This document shows, piece by piece, positions 12,621-26,124 of a stretch of DNA of 64,000 nt. This stretch comes from Lophium mytilinum. Its lineage: Eukaryota. The notes beneath the pieces were generated by a model, which was given only the letters and a program-made list of their open reading frames with translations, did not search any database and was not told the DNA's origin. A program made the translations under genes and the position numbers. How positions within the stretch are numbered: position 1 is the stretch's first letter; every line of letters begins with the position of its first letter. Location of the stretch: contig MU004190.1 of the NCBI GenBank assembly GCA_010093605.1, forward strand, positions 434,001 through 498,000, written 5' to 3'.

Positions 12621-14084
12621 ATGCCTCTGGGACTCAACAACCCGCTCCCGTCTTCCATGCGAAGTGCGTGCTCCTCTTTTCTTAGAGATATCCCAGTATG
12701 ACGTTGACTAACAGCTCCTAGGCGAATGCAGGAAGACAGGAAAGATTCTCGCCTCCTTCGTCGACCCGCGACAAGCCTTTGGCCCGGACAAGATTATACC
12801 GCCCCAGATCCTCGCCAATGCGAAGGTATGCTGCGTATTTCACTATATCCGAAAACTTCCCACTATCATCCCATCCCAACCCCCACCAACGAGGCCAAGC
12901 TCTAATTTCTCAAATCTTCACAGGGCCTCGCCATTCTCACCGTATTCAAAGCCGGCTTCCTCGGCACCGCACGATTCGGCTCTGGCGTCGTCGTTGCACG
13001 CCTATCTGACGGGACCTGGTCCGCTCCCACCGCCATCGGCACCGTAGGCGGTGGTTTCGGAGGTCAGATCGGGTTCGAGCTGACAGATTTCGTCTTCATT
13101 CTTAACGACGCGTCGGCCGTCAAGACATTCGCGCAGGCTGGGTCCCTGACTCTGGGGGGGAATGTCTCCATCGCCGCAGGGCCGGTGGGCCGCAACGCCG
13201 AAGCTGCGGGCGCGGCTAGCTTGAAGAGCGTCGCTGGCATATTCTCATATTCAAAGACGAAGGGACTGTTCGCGGGCGTGTCGCTCGAGGGCTCTGCCAT
13301 AATCGAGCGGCGAGACGCGAACGAGAAGCTATACGGGCGGCGATGGACAGCGCGTGAGCTGCTCAGCGGACAGGTCCCCCCACCGCCAGCATCGGAGCCT
13401 CTCATGCGGGTGCTCAACTCGAGAGTATTCGCCGGTGTAGCTGGGGCTGCGAACGCGGACGCCATGTACAACGACATCCCCGTTTATGACGAAGCACACG
13501 AGGATGTCGTCTGGCAAGGACGAAGAGGCTCCGCGATGGGTGAGGGCGTCCGCTCGAATCGCACTGGCTCCGTAGGCCAGGACGATGAGTACGTCTACCG
13601 TGATAGGCCATCGCGCGCCAGCACATGGGCAGATGATATCTACGACCGATCTCCGCCTTCGCAAGGCGTCAACCGTTCTTTTACGACACGTGCCAATCCC
13701 AACGAGACTTTCGATAGGCTCGATAACCGCGAATCCCGCAATCGAAGCGGTTCTGGGTTCGATGACAATTACACTTTTAGCGACAAGCCAAAGCCCGCCA
13801 GGCCGACAGCGCCAAAGCCAGTTTTCGGTGCGAGGAAGGCGTCAATGGGCCCAGACCAAGCCATTGCGAAATTCACTTTCGAGCCTGATCAAGCTGGCGA
13901 TCTAGGTTTCAAGAAGGGCGAGGTTATCACTATCCTCAAGCGGACAGATAACGAGACTGATTGGTGGACTGGACGGGTCGGAGATCGCGAAGGAATCTTC
14001 CCCAGGTAAGCTCTTGTAAACATTCCACTTGCATGATAACCCACAACTGACCTCTCCTGTAGCAATTACGTCGAAACTGTCTGA
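12621..14084 (+). CDS. YSC84: Ysc84/Lsb3 family actin-patch protein (SYLF domain + SH3)
   Basis: MPLGLNNPLPSSM..., GGGFGGQIGFELTDFVFILN, GPVGRNAEA, YSKTKGLFAGVSLEGS and a C-terminal SH3 (AKFTFEPDQAGDLGF...DWWTG...GIFPSNYV). Introns ~12664-12721, ~12826-12923, ~14006-14062. Confidence 0.93.
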
Positions 14085-15630
14085 TCACCGAGCTCCTACT
14101 GTCTCTACTCTATTGATACCTATCGATCATATATCTCTACAAACTAATTGGATACACACGGCCCCCGACGGCAAGTTTTGAAGAGCGAAGCGCGTTTTAA
14201 ACGTCTCAAATTGGGCATAGCAAGGCGTTTCGGGGGGAAATATACTCCCTTTTCATGTGTCACGTGCAGCTTTGCCCATGGATGTGAGATTTTCGAGTAC
14301 CCCTTAGTAGATACGGCTGGTATAGTGACTGTTATATATGGAATATATACCAAATTCTTGAAAAAGGTGGTACTCCAATCTGCGTTCTGTACATCTGCTT
14401 GTCGCTGCTTGGGGTGCTTCAATGCATTTTTAAAGCTATGGAGTCTTAGCTTTCGGCTATCTGGAAACTAGTTGAAGCACTCCAAGAAGTGGCAGACAAG
14501 TGCAGCAAATGAGTAGCAGTAGGAAATGACAGCCCACAAATCTATAAGGTATACCCACTATTTCTATGCTTGTGTACGCTTGTTTAGCACCGTCGGGGGT
14601 CCTCCAGTGTGCTATTGCTAATCAAGAAACAGCAGCTTTGACGAGCCTGATAGCTCGCCGGGCCACCTCAGACGGTGCCAAACTGTTGTGAGTGTGCCAC
14701 TTCTTAGGTCACGTGCAATGCTTAGGTAAGTTAGATTCTGAGGAGGTATAAATTCTGGGCCTCGACTCTCAGCAATTACCTTTTTTCAAGCTGTGGGCGT
14801 CGTGGAAATGCAAAAAGGGCAACCGCCAATATCAATGGGGTGGGAGCGGAGGATCAATCCCAACTGTAGAAGGCAGCAATGGAGTTGGTAGTGGAGAAGT
14901 CGGCCTGGCTTCCCCACACGGCATAAGTTGGTGATGACTACCGTAAAGGTCTCACGATGCTAAGTTGTTTCTATAACCAGTTTGCTTCTTCACATCGACC
15001 TCGGGAACCCAGCATTCTGATTCGATTATGAGGAGCATCATAAGCTATGATGGTTCCGCGATTCTTTTTTAAAATATTGACGATCACCATCGTCACTTCT
15101 CTGATGCCATCCCTACACTCCAGAAGTGGATGATGCTGGAAGTTTTACAACGCTAATCTACCTCCTCCATTATCTATCGCGTCCCAATTTTGATCTACTG
15201 CAGCTCCCTCTCCACATAGGTTGTAGAGTTGTCTATTGTTGATCTCCGACCACGACTTTTAATTCTGGCGACTCCTGAAAGCCGAGAACGACGCATTTAT
15301 ACCTACCAGCGGGCGAGATGAGAGAAGTCAGGTCATTGTCACGCGCTCATCACTTTCGCACGTGGATGCCGAGCCCGATCAAGGGAAGAAAGAAGAAGCT
15401 GGAGGACATGTGTGTTATAGCGGTCAGGTGGATGTCACCTGCGAGTACCTCCTTCGACTACGGCGTCCTCTCTTACACATGAAGACCCTAATACACGTGC
15501 CCCTCACGTCCGCCCATTCTCGCCTGGCTATAAAACCCCGCCCGCCTGCAGCTTCCTGGACTTTCAACGAAGAAGTCAAGAAGAAGCTGGAAGGGAGGAG
15601 ATCAACATCAGAATCGACACCGATATATGG

Positions 15631-15748
15631 AGTGAATGTATTTCCTGGGGATCAAAAAGGAGGACTGACACCACTGCATGAAGTGGATGCCTTTCCTGGG
15701 GATTGAAAACGGGACTGACACCGCTGCACAAAGTGGATGCCTCTTCCT
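15631..15748. repeat. Degenerate tandem repeat, ~50-51 bp unit, ~2.3 copies
   Basis: AGTGRATGYMTTTCCTGGGGAT...GGACTGACACCRCTGCA recurs at 15631, 15682 and (partial) 15732. Confidence 0.85.
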
Positions 15749-18700
15749 ATGGCTGAGCCACCACATGGTTCAACTTCTCATGGATATCGAAATGAGGTGT
15801 AGAACCGTATGATGGCATCGGGTGGTGGGTAGTGGAGATCGAAAACTGGATCGCGTCGACCAAACGGAAGTGGTGGAGCGAGTGTGGCATTTGATGCCTG
15901 GTGATAGTCAGCATCTGTGATTGAAAGAAGACGTGGTTAGTGAGGCTTGGTATAGCTGGTCATCACCGCATTGAGGAACGGATGGAGGTTCGAGTTCAGG
16001 AGTGCTAGTGGTGAACATCATTCAACTGCTGTATCAGACACGCCACACACTGCCCAACCATGGGCCATCTCTGGGGTGTTTTGATACTCCAACGACAACA
16101 GACTCCGCCCATTCCAGCTCATTCAGCAGCAAGATGATACCACACCCGATCCCAAGGACCACTCGTACGTTCATCTGATTTTCGCTGTTTACACCACAAC
16201 CCCAAGTCCACTCACTATCATTCTCTTCTCACCCCTCCACTCCTCTTATACCCCCTCGAGCGAGCAGAAGAAAGAGACACGTTAGTCATCACCCCACGTG
16301 CACACACCCGCTTGCACTCAGGTGACCTACACCCACCGCCACGCCAATTCCCTTGGCGCACCCCCATCCCGAACCCCCGGGGCCAGACCTCCACTCCATG
16401 ATCACCACCTGGCCAGCGCTAACACAGCTATCCTCGGGATGATCCGCCGAGTTCTCCAGGGTCGGCTTCGGGTTTCTTCCCGCCAGGGGCTGTGCGGGAA
16501 TAGCCTCGAGAGGGGGTGGGTGTGAGGCAAGTGGGTTTGATCTGATTCGGTAGGAGGGGGTTGCCTGACTACTATTGACTAGTGAGATGGAAAGGAGGCT
16601 GTTTGGGGTTAGCATTTGTTGGGGAGATGGGAGGTCGTTAGTTGTTAGTTTTAGTTGTTAGTGTTGGCCGTTAGTTGTGAGTATTAGTTGTAGCTTGGGG
16701 GCGTTTGATGTGTTTGTGCTAGACTCCAGCTTTAGATCTGTCTGACATTGTTGAGTTGGCTTGAGACGTGCTTCTAGGGGTATTGATCTTGGAGACTTCG
16801 AAACGGTGGAAAATCCCCGAGTCTTCGCCTTGGACTGCTCTTATCTGAGTATGTAGGGAAGAGATGTTACGTTCATTTGAGACAAAAAGAACCCAACGTT
16901 GCTGCGAGAAGAGGCATCTTCGAAAGGGCTCTCAAAGGTAGCCCGTTTCACTCACCTCTAGACTCACCTTCTCGACTTTAAAAATAGAAAGCAAAGAATT
17001 GCCGCCCGCTACTCAGGATGTGGTTTGCACTTCCCCGTCTCAAACCAGCATTGCACCACAACGTCCCCACATGCCGCGATGACTGGATGAGCGCCCTATT
17101 CCGTTCCCCCGGTCACCTAGTTTTGCGGCTGTCATCTTGACCCACCCAAGTGGGGTTTGTCTTGCGTTTCGAATTTTCAAAAGCCCCGTACTCGAGGTCG
17201 GTGTGTTGCCAAACTATCGAATTAATCAAACATCAAGCCTCGTTGGGTCTCGTGATTGGCACAAAACACCACAGCACGGTCGTTTAGCAGCGGCCCTTTC
17301 CACCGCGGCGAAGACTTGGCTTGAGGCTCGCCGCACGGACTATCAGCGGCAGCGGCCCACGTGTGGCAGGCGAAGCTGCAGGTGGGAAGACGGCGGATGC
17401 TTCTGTGCAGGGAAGGATGCGGCGGCCGCTTGCGAAGGGGCGGTGAAGGGCCTTCACAACCACGTCGGAGCGATATGGTCGAGCACCACACCAAGCTCCA
17501 GCTATCGGCGGCGCGGCGGCGTGATGAGCTCGCTGCGTAGCGTGACCCGGGCGTGGGCGGCGGCGGTGGGAGCAATTCGTGTGCGCGAGATTTGTTGCAG
17601 CAACGATGCTGCGGAGACGACCGCTGCGTTCTGCTGCGTCAAATACGCATGCTGGTGGAGGGTGGCAGAGATTTTGTGGTGTTGAGCAGGCGGGCTTTTG
17701 TGGAGATGTTGGATTAAGGATTTTGGTGTGGCAGTCTTGACGTCTCACAGCGTCCCCTTGGTCCCAAATCCCGACGCCGAGGGAGCCGAAGCGAGTCGTG
17801 AGACGCGGGCGGGAAGATAATTGTGGTCCCGCTTCGGCCTCGCGCTCTTGGTACGCGGCGTGGCGCATCTCAGGGTGGATCTCTGTCGTGCTTGAGCCCT
17901 GCAACTTGCATAACGCTGCTGCATGCACATTCCAGAAGCAGCCGGTGTGCTGGGGTGAAGCTGGATTGCCCCGATGCGGCAAGCCATTATCAAGCCTATC
18001 GCTCAGAGCCAGGGAGCTCATGAGACGCTGCTGCACGGTGAGATAGCGACAGTGATAACGGCTTTGAGAAAACAGGATCCCGTTGTGAAAGTGTATGTAT
18101 GACCGCCATGGAAACTGGAGCTCGCCGGGAGCACCTGTTGGTTGTGCCATGGGGGGAGTCAAGTGGACCGTCAGATGACGACGCATTGCTCTTTTGCTGA
18201 ACGTTTTGACTCTTTGTCAGCCGCAAGCCTGGCGCAATTGGGGCGTCAATGGCGAGATATTAATATCTCGCCCGGCTGACAAGTTTGCAGAGGAAGGTCA
18301 AGAAAGGCGTCAACATCGAATCCAGTGCAACAGTCCGTCTCGTGGCGCTTGATACACTGATCCGCCAAACGACGACGGCGCGTCCGTGGGTGCATCCCGA
18401 GATAGAGTGGCTTGCGCACAAGCGTGCCTGCATGCATAAGTGCCGATCTGCGACAGGGCCTACGCGCTCGGACTCTGTGAGGGTCCATCAGGTCCCAGAA
18501 GCCATGGTGTTTCTAATCGCAGCGGGCGGAAGCTCCATAATTCATGACAGCTCTGAAGGAAATCGGTCTCCTGCCCAGGAAGCCATCGTGGCGAGAGCCC
18601 CAAGCTCTGCCCGCCTGACTGAGGGGCCCCTTCCTAATTTAAAGCCGCGGTGGCAGGACGTGGAGGTTGCTTTGCTGCCAATATCTTCAATAAACACCAA

Positions 18701-19113
18701 AACCCTGTGAAGACCCTCCTGCTGCATATCTTGACTATCAATTCCCCTCAGAGCCTACATCCCGCCTCTTTAGCTGTCTTCAATTGCTGGATTCGAGCTA
18801 AAGTCCGACGCTCCGGAGCTCTTTCTACCAAGTCCACTCTTCCCACCGTTTAACCCACCCCCATCCCGCCAAACTAGAAAGACCCCTCGATCCCGCAAGG
18901 ACTTTGACCTGCCCTACCTCGACTTCACCGCCCTCGGTCTCGCTTGCTAGCGCAATCCACCGCCGTTGGGGTTTAAAATCTTTTCTGGCCCTTCCTCACT
19001 TCACAACCTCAACAACCTTCCTCCTCATCTACCACAGACCGAGTCTTTGCCTCTCATTCTACAACAACATCTTCCTAATCATCACATAACACCACACACA
19101 CTTCCAAACAACC

Positions 19114-20394
19114 ATGATGTTGTCCCGTACGCTTCCTCGCGTCATGGCTCGCCGTGTTGTTACTCCCGCTATGGGCACTTCCATCCGGCGCTTCACCAAG
19201 GGCCCAGACAACAACGACGTCGGCAGCAAGGCCGAAGGTGATAAACCCAAGGCTGAAAAAACAGTCACTGCTGACGCGATTCCAGTCGTCAGTTTCGAAG
19301 ATGGAAAGCGTGTCGAGAAGGCCATCTCGCACCAGCCGGCCGCCGTCGCACCTGCGCTCGAAGACATCAAGAAGCCCGCGATGCCACTGGACCAGTCATT
19401 GATTGAGCGTCTTACCCCTACAATGCGCAAGTTCCTCCTCGTCGGCAAGACCGTCATTGTCACTGGGTAAGCTTTGAGATGCGAAGAACACAGTTGTCCT
19501 CGTTCTTCACTTGTTGTGTTCCGACTTACAGGAAATCAGTGGAGCTCGCGGACTCGGCTTTAACATGGCTCAAGCTATGGCTGAAGTCGGTGCGAAGGGC
19601 ATCGCCATCATCGACCAGAAGCGAGACATCGGTGTCCCGGCTGCTGAAGAGCTCTCTGCGCAGACAGGCGTGGATGTACGCTTCTACCAGGTCGACATCC
19701 GTGACTCGGCCCAGATCGCTGGTGCCGTCAAGGATATCAAGGAACACTACGGACAGATTGATGTGCTCGTCAACTCTGCCGGTATTGCCGAGTAAGTTCT
19801 TGCTTTTCTTTTTACGCTCGATTTCCGTGGAGTGTTAGTACTGAAAGCCCTAGCTCGAACATCCCCGCCGAGACCTACGAAGACGACATGTGGGAGAAGA
19901 CAATCGACATCAACTTGAACGGTGCCTTCAAGATCGGCCGTGAGGTTGCCCGTGCTATGATCGACAACAAGAATGGAGGCTCCTTCGTCTACGTCGCCTC
20001 AATGTCCGGCTCCATCGTCAACTACCCGCAAGAGCAGTCATGCTACAACGCCTCGAAGGCTGGCGTCATCCATCTCGTTCATTCCCTGGCTGCCGAATGG
20101 GCTAAGTACAACATCCGCGTGAACTCCATCTCCCCTGGGTACATGGACACTGCTCTCAACCGCGTCCCGGCTCTAGACGCCCAGAAGAAGATTTGGATTG
20201 ACCAGACTCCTCAGCGTCGCCTCGGAAATGTTGACGAGCTTAACAACCTTGCGGTCTTCCTTGCGTCGGACGCCTCCTCCTACATGACCGGTAAGCCCCC
20301 AGCCTTTGTTTTCTCTTCATCTGCAACCTTTTCTAACATTTTTCTCTTCTCAGGCGCCAATTGCATCATCGACGGTGGTTACTGTCTCTACTAG
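19114..20394 (+). CDS. Short-chain dehydrogenase/reductase (sorbose reductase/arabinitol dehydrogenase-like) with predicted mitochondrial presequence
   Basis: Spliced TGGARGLG Rossmann motif, VNSAG, ASMSG, YNASK catalytic motif and IRVNSISPGY; Arg-rich N-terminus. Introns ~19467-19539, ~19792-19853, 20291-20353. Confidence 0.92.
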
Positions 20395-21550
20395 TTCGGG
20401 TAAGTGAACTTGAGCGCTTGTTTTACCCCTGCACTTCCCTACACCTTGCACACACGAACGAATTGGCGGTTCTTGCATTTTGTGCGTGGATGGATGGCTA
20501 TGGGAAGACATTGGTTCGACATTGGGACGGAACAAGCGACCTGGATTACACTCGGCAAGGCGTTGGCTACAAAGACGGAACGGAGTTTTGGCGGATCTTT
20601 GCTCGAACACTGGTTGGTTCAAAGGATGGTTTAGATCGAGGGATACTTCTCTTTCGGTGGATACTGGGTTAGGCGGATACTTTCTCGACTGATGCGAGGT
20701 ACGGTGGGAGCTTGGACAAGCGGGTACCTTCATCAGAGATCTGGGTTACGGAGTTCCGGCGAGCGACAAATACCCTTAGAGGTTTACGGCCACGGCGCGA
20801 CAGGATTGTCGTGATAATATGGAAACTTTCCTTCAGACTTCAAAACTGTTGACTTGGCTCCAATTGATTGAAGTGACTTGAATGACGACTGCAAATATTT
20901 GACATCTAGGATTTTGGAAGAAATGTTATATTCAAGGAATCTACCGCGAGGCCTACCTTATCAATTATTGTCTTTTCAACGACTCAAGGGTTACAACGTG
21001 ACAAAGAGACTGAGATGGAATGGAAAATTGGACCTTGCTTTTAGATGTACGTCTGAACAGACAGCAGCCGCAAAATCCTACCTCGAGACTCACCTTAGTG
21101 CGGAGCGCATGACATCCTCACTAAATTCCATCTCATCATCCACCTCAACACCAAGTGAAAGCAGCAACAACCCGCGAGGGAACAATCGAGTACCCAGAGC
21201 AAGCATGATCCCATCAGAAAAAGCCACGATGCAGAAGCAGAAATGAGGGGACGTCGCTCCCCAGACCTCGGGAAAGCCCATCCATGATGGATCCTCAGCC
21301 TTACGTGGCTGTCCAATAAAGAAGCGCTCCACCTTGGCGGCGCGACATCATCCGCAACCTTGACACCTCCGCGTCACCTCAAACTTCTATACGAACGACG
21401 ACCTCACCCACGAATCCTCCATATACCAGCTGCCTACAGCCCAGAAGATACCACACATCACGAATCGAGCGGCGCGCTCTTCCTACTACGAAATCCTAGC
21501 TCTCACGAACTACTGCAACCCCCGATCCCCAACCGCAATTGTAACCCACG

Positions 21551-22068
21551 ATGTCTGACGCCTACGAGCGCGAGCGGTACACCGCCCCCTTCCTTGGAGA
21601 TATCCTGAATTGGTACTCAAGAGAAGTGCTGACGACCGCCCCCTAGGCAAAACAACTCCCGCCTCGACGACCTTGCCTCAAAAGTAACCGCCCTGCGCGG
21701 CGTGACCATCGACATCTACGACAATGCGCGGGACCAAGGCGTTATAGACAGCGCAGTACGCTCCCCCTTCCCAACCCGAACCCCGTCCTTCCCTAGGAGC
21801 CCACCAACCCTACTCACCCCCCCTCACCCCTTCCTCCTTGATGAAATCAGAAGAACAGGGGTGGGGCGTTGGGCTCTCAGACCATCTGCTAACGACGGCG
21901 GTACCGTAGAACGACAACTTCTCCTCCTTCACCACGACGCTGAAAGGCTCCGCGACGCGGCTGGGCCGGATGGCGCAGAGCGGGAATAAGGTTGCGATTT
22001 TCAAGCTCGCGGGGATGATTATTGTGGCTGTGGTGGTGTTGTATTGGATCTGGAGTTTATTCTTCTAA
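21551..22068 (+). CDS. Small Golgi Qc-SNARE, Sft1/Bet1-like
   Basis: Spliced MSDAYERERQNNSRLDDLASKVTALRGVTIDIYDNARDQ...LKGSATRLGRMAQSGNK plus a C-terminal TM (LAGMIIVAVVVLYWIWSLFF*). Two introns (~21577-21646, ~21756-21909). Missed as a whole by the ORF track. Confidence 0.88.
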
Positions 22069-22888
22069 ACACCATGCTAGTGGAAGAAGGGAGGGAGGGG
22101 TGGGATAGGAAGGAGCCTGGTGCTGGAGCAGGGTGGATGAAGAGAGGATACCAGAGCAAGTAGAGGAGAGGATGTGTGGATACGGACGAGGGCAGAGGGT
22201 AAGGTTTGAGTCCGGGTTAGCACGGCATATATAGGCGAGCATGGGATTGGCGTTTTGCTTCAGCGTGGGATGTTTTGACGGCGTTTGAGGCGGCGAGAGG
22301 CTCGCCCTATGTATATTTCGAGAGATATCATATTACCCGTTCTGAGCTCTTGTGATGTTCGCTACATTATGTAGGGAAATTCGGCAGTTTGCGTCTCAGA
22401 ACATCCACTCTGCACTATGGGAGATAGAAGAGGAAATTCTTGGCAAACAGAAAAGTGTTGAACCTAGAGAGCCTGAAGATTAGCCAGTCGCAGATTCGGA
22501 GGTGAAGGTCAGAAAAAGCCAGAGCTCTGATTCAGCGTCGATGGCAAAAGACATGCTATCTAGACCGGACCGGAAACCGCACCCTCATTGCCCATAGGCC
22601 CAGAATCAGGCCTAGATCCATGGCATTCAGCATATGCCTGAGGCGCTTCAGCAAGGTCAACCCATAGCAATCTAACATGAAGAGGAGCCTTGATTCAAAG
22701 TCCTGCCTAGCACGTACACGCAACTCACAGCATTCTTAGGCCATCAGACATGGTATCATCTGCTCGTTTTCGCATGTACATATACACACCAACACCACGC
22801 TCAAGCTAGCCTCCCATACCTCCGCATTTCTCCAAGCTATCCTAGACCCCGCGAGCCAACTGGAACCTACGTATCCAACAAACTCCTT

Positions 22889-24825
22889 CTACTCCCAAAC
22901 ATTCGAGAACAAATCGTCTCCCCCCATCCCACCCAATGGCTTCGCTCCTCCACTCCTCGCCGGCGCCGGCGCAGGCGCCGCACTGCTCCAACCCCCGAAA
23001 TCCTCATCCTGGCTAATTTTTGGCGACACGGGGTTCGCAGACGCGCCCCAACCTGGTGATTTCGGGGCCGTGTGCGCAGGGGCGGTAGTAGTGGTGTTGG
23101 ACGTCGCCCACGCGTCTGTGCTACCCCACGCATCCATGTTGGAGAAGCCGGAGTAGCTTGGCGCAGCGGCAGGTGCGGGTGCGGGTTTGGGTTGAGCAGG
23201 GGCGGAGAGATTGAAGGCGGAGTGCATGTTTGTGCTTGGGGAGACGACGGCAGGTTTCGGGGCGGCGGCCGGGGTCGATGAGGGCATGGAAAGGTCGAAG
23301 AGGTCCCCCATACCTGAGCTCGCGGCTGGTTTATGGGCTGCGGCGGGAGTGGTGCTGGTCATGGAGCTGAAGTCGCCGAAGCCGCCGTCGGAGCTGAAGG
23401 TTCGCTGTTTCTGGAGGGAGGTGGTGGCTGGGGGTGATTTCGGGATGGCGTCGAAGAAGCTCCCGCCTCCGCCGAATGCGGATGAAGTGGTGCTCTGAGG
23501 AGTTGTGCGGTGGCTTGAGAAGCTGGCAAGGTCGGAGAACGCGGATGGCTTGGGCTGTTGCTGAGCGGGCTGAGGGTTGAAGTTCAAGTTGCTAAAGGCA
23601 TCATTCATGCCGCCAAACTGGGATTGTTGGGGTGATTGATGCTGCACTGGTGGCGATTGCATACCGCCCATGCCACCTAGACCGCCAAACGAGTCTGAGT
23701 GTCCATGTTGTACCTGTGTTTGCGGAGGTAGCTTTGGTGCTGACGCATATAGCGAGAGAATCGACTGCTTCAGATCTGGCCGTGATTGTACTGACGAAGT
23801 TGCCTGGGTTGTACTAGATGGTCTTGCGGGAGGTGCACTCTGACTGCCACCGAAGAAGTCAAGTCCCAGTAATGAGTCGGCAGGCCTAGTCTGCTTGGGC
23901 GGTGCTGGCTCAGCTTTTGGGGGTGCAGCTCTACTGATTGGGGGTCCAGTACTGGGTCGAGGAGGGGTTGGATCGTCTCCGAACAAGTCCACGTTTTGGG
24001 CGCGTCGAGTCGGTGGTTGGATAGATTGAGATTGGTTTCCAGCAGAAGCAGCTCGCTGTGAAGACGACCTCTCTAGCTTGGCCTTCTCTTGGACGACGTT
24101 CAATGGCTTCGAGGAGTTTAGTGTTTGGTTGGTTCTAGACGGGACATAGAGTATTTACCACGTCATCATCACCCTCGGTCTCCAATGTTGCTGGATCTGG
24201 CATAGGCCCATCCATCACCCACCGTTTAGAGTCGTACTTCGTGCGTATAAAGTTCTCGATCTTCCTGAGGAACTGTTAGCCGTTGACAGTCTGTCGCGGG
24301 GTATGATATCGGCCTACGATTCGGAAGGCACGTGGCCTGGAGCAAGCTTCGCTTCCCAGTATCTACTCGTTTTAGACATTGTTGCATAGGGTTAACGAGT
24401 GCTTGAACTGACTTGTTTGCCCGCGAATTGCCCCACCGAAGCATACTCTGGAGTTGTTCATCCGTCCACGAGTCCAAGTCCACGGACTTGACCCGACTGA
24501 TATGTGTTCCCATTCCGCGGTGAATACCCGAGCATCTGTTTCCCACTGTTAACTTCTTATTCTCGGTACTGTGTATGTTGCTCGGCGATAAGGGTGCGTA
24601 CCGGATACAAACGAAGATGCCTAAATTCCAGCTTGCCCATCGAGGATCTACATATAGAGACAGGTAAGAATGAATTCAGTAACACAATTTGTGGATATAT
24701 AACTCCCTACGTTTGTTCCTCTTGCAGTCCGCGCAGCTTTTGTTGCCTTCTAACTTGACCAGACTCTTGAGGGTTTGTGTGTTTTGGGCAGCGCGATCCG
24801 CCGCCGGGTTCGGTCGCCTCGACAT
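22889..24825 (-). CDS. ArfGAP (Age2/SMAP-like)
   Basis: Spliced GNKSCADCK...[48 protein letters not shown], clathrin-box-like [16 protein letters not shown] and C-terminal DDLFSNVWE. About five introns. Confidence 0.92.
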
Positions 24826-25359
24826 GGTGGTGGGTGTCCTAGATTCTCTGGGAAGGATGTACAGTGAAGGCTATGTGGCGGTTATGGAAGCGCAAGAGGA
24901 AATCCTGCGCGTGGTTTATGGAGGAGAGTTGAGGCAAGTGGGAGAGCGACGTGGGCGGTCCTCGAGCAATATCCTTGTAAGCCGAAATGACTCTTGGCAT
25001 CGTCAGAGCATTTCTGTGATTGGTCGAGAGCAGCACACATACAGTGCCTTGCTAAAGAAGTCCGTATACTTTCCTAGCACTACACTATTCCAATCTGTTT
25101 ACTCCCTGCTGACGCTGTCCGTTACTAGTTGTCCAAAATGCCGAACTCTTCTTCCATTCAGCCTGCCAAAAACACTATCAAGCTCTTCATGCAGCCGTAA
25201 ACGAGTGTATGGGTTTCTATGATGAGGGGTTGTGTATTAATTTTTGTCATATAGCCCAAAGGATTGTTTCACTATGTAAAGTAGGCTCAAGACGAGGCTT
25301 TTCTGGAGTCTGATAGAATTGTGTTGCCGTCTGAACAAATCTATCAAGTTCTTCTGCCG

Positions 25360-26124
25360 CTACTCAGACCTCGGGAGTAGCTGAACGTTCGCTCCTTGCC
25401 CATTGCCGCGTTCCAAAAACACGTTGTATTGCAAACCATACGGCCACCTATGCCTCTCGGGTTCAAGTACTTCGATAAGGTGAGACGTGAACAGGGAAGT
25501 TACTGAATGCTGTGTGATCTGTCTTTGGGATCCGATAGAAGGACAGTCTTTCAGAGCGCAGCCAGCAATTGAGTCTGCACACGCCCGTAGTAGCACGACC
25601 TTGATGGAAACAATGTCTGCCTGAATGCTGGGATTGTTTAGGCCACGGAGCTTAGCCATTTGTTTCGAGGCTGAAAACCCGTAGTTTGATATCCTCCTGA
25701 GCGCTTCTGGGACATGTCCGCAGATCTCACTGATCGTCATATCATCCGTACTGGGAGCAGGAAGTTCCAGCCGTAGAATATGGACCTGAGGAGACAGTGC
25801 AGGTACATTCGCCCAGAAGAGCACGAGGCATTTCTCCCTGTAAGTGAAGGACACAGTATAGCACAGCCTGTTGTTTCGCCGGAGGAAGTCGATACTCTTT
25901 GTGACCTCCTCGTGTATTCGTCGATTCACAAGAAGAAGGTTCAATGAAGTTGAGCGTAGAGGTCCGCAGTCGACAACGTTGATAAGAGGAACCTGCGCGC
26001 GAGGAAAGACAGTTCGCGAGCACCGACGATAGTTCAGAGCCATGCAGGCGGGTTGTGGTTGGTGGATAGCTCGGAACCATATATCATCTCGGATCTCTTG
26101 TGGAAGATCAAAAAGATCAGGCAT
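25360..26124 (-). CDS. Hypothetical protein with F-box-like N-terminus
   Basis: 254-aa intronless ORF beginning MPDLFDLPQEIRDDIW, with downstream LLLVNRRIHEEV, typical of fungal F-box-like proteins. Confidence 0.7.
   Translation of the reverse strand: MPDLFDLPQEIRDDIWFRAIHQPQPACMALNYRRCSRTVFPRAQVPLINVVDCGPLRSTSLNLLLVNRRIHEEVTKSIDFLRRNNRLCYTVSFTYREKCLVLFWANVPALSPQVHILRLELPAPSTDDMTISEICGHVPEALRRISNYGFSASKQMAKLRGLNNPSIQADIVSIKVVLLRACADSIAGCALKDCPSIGSQRQITQHSVTSLFTSHLIEVLEPERHRWPYGLQYNVFLERGNGQGANVQLLPRSE

Noticed and set aside
15660..15735. GLTPLH as an ankyrin repeat, or the repeat as a CRISPR array
   Set aside because: Period is 17 aa rather than 33, and there are no unique spacers; eukaryotic context.
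16637..16692. GTTAGTT-type simple repeat as interstitial telomere
   Set aside because: Degenerate low-complexity tract without TTAGGG units.
17137..18710. ORFs of 140-300 aa upstream of the SDR gene
   Set aside because: No recognisable domain or consistent coding signal; likely chance ORFs in GC-rich sequence.
22372..22620. GGGAAATTCGG resembling RNase P RNA conserved region I
   Set aside because: No convincing P4 partner or terminal P1 helix found; lies between the 3' ends of two convergent genes.
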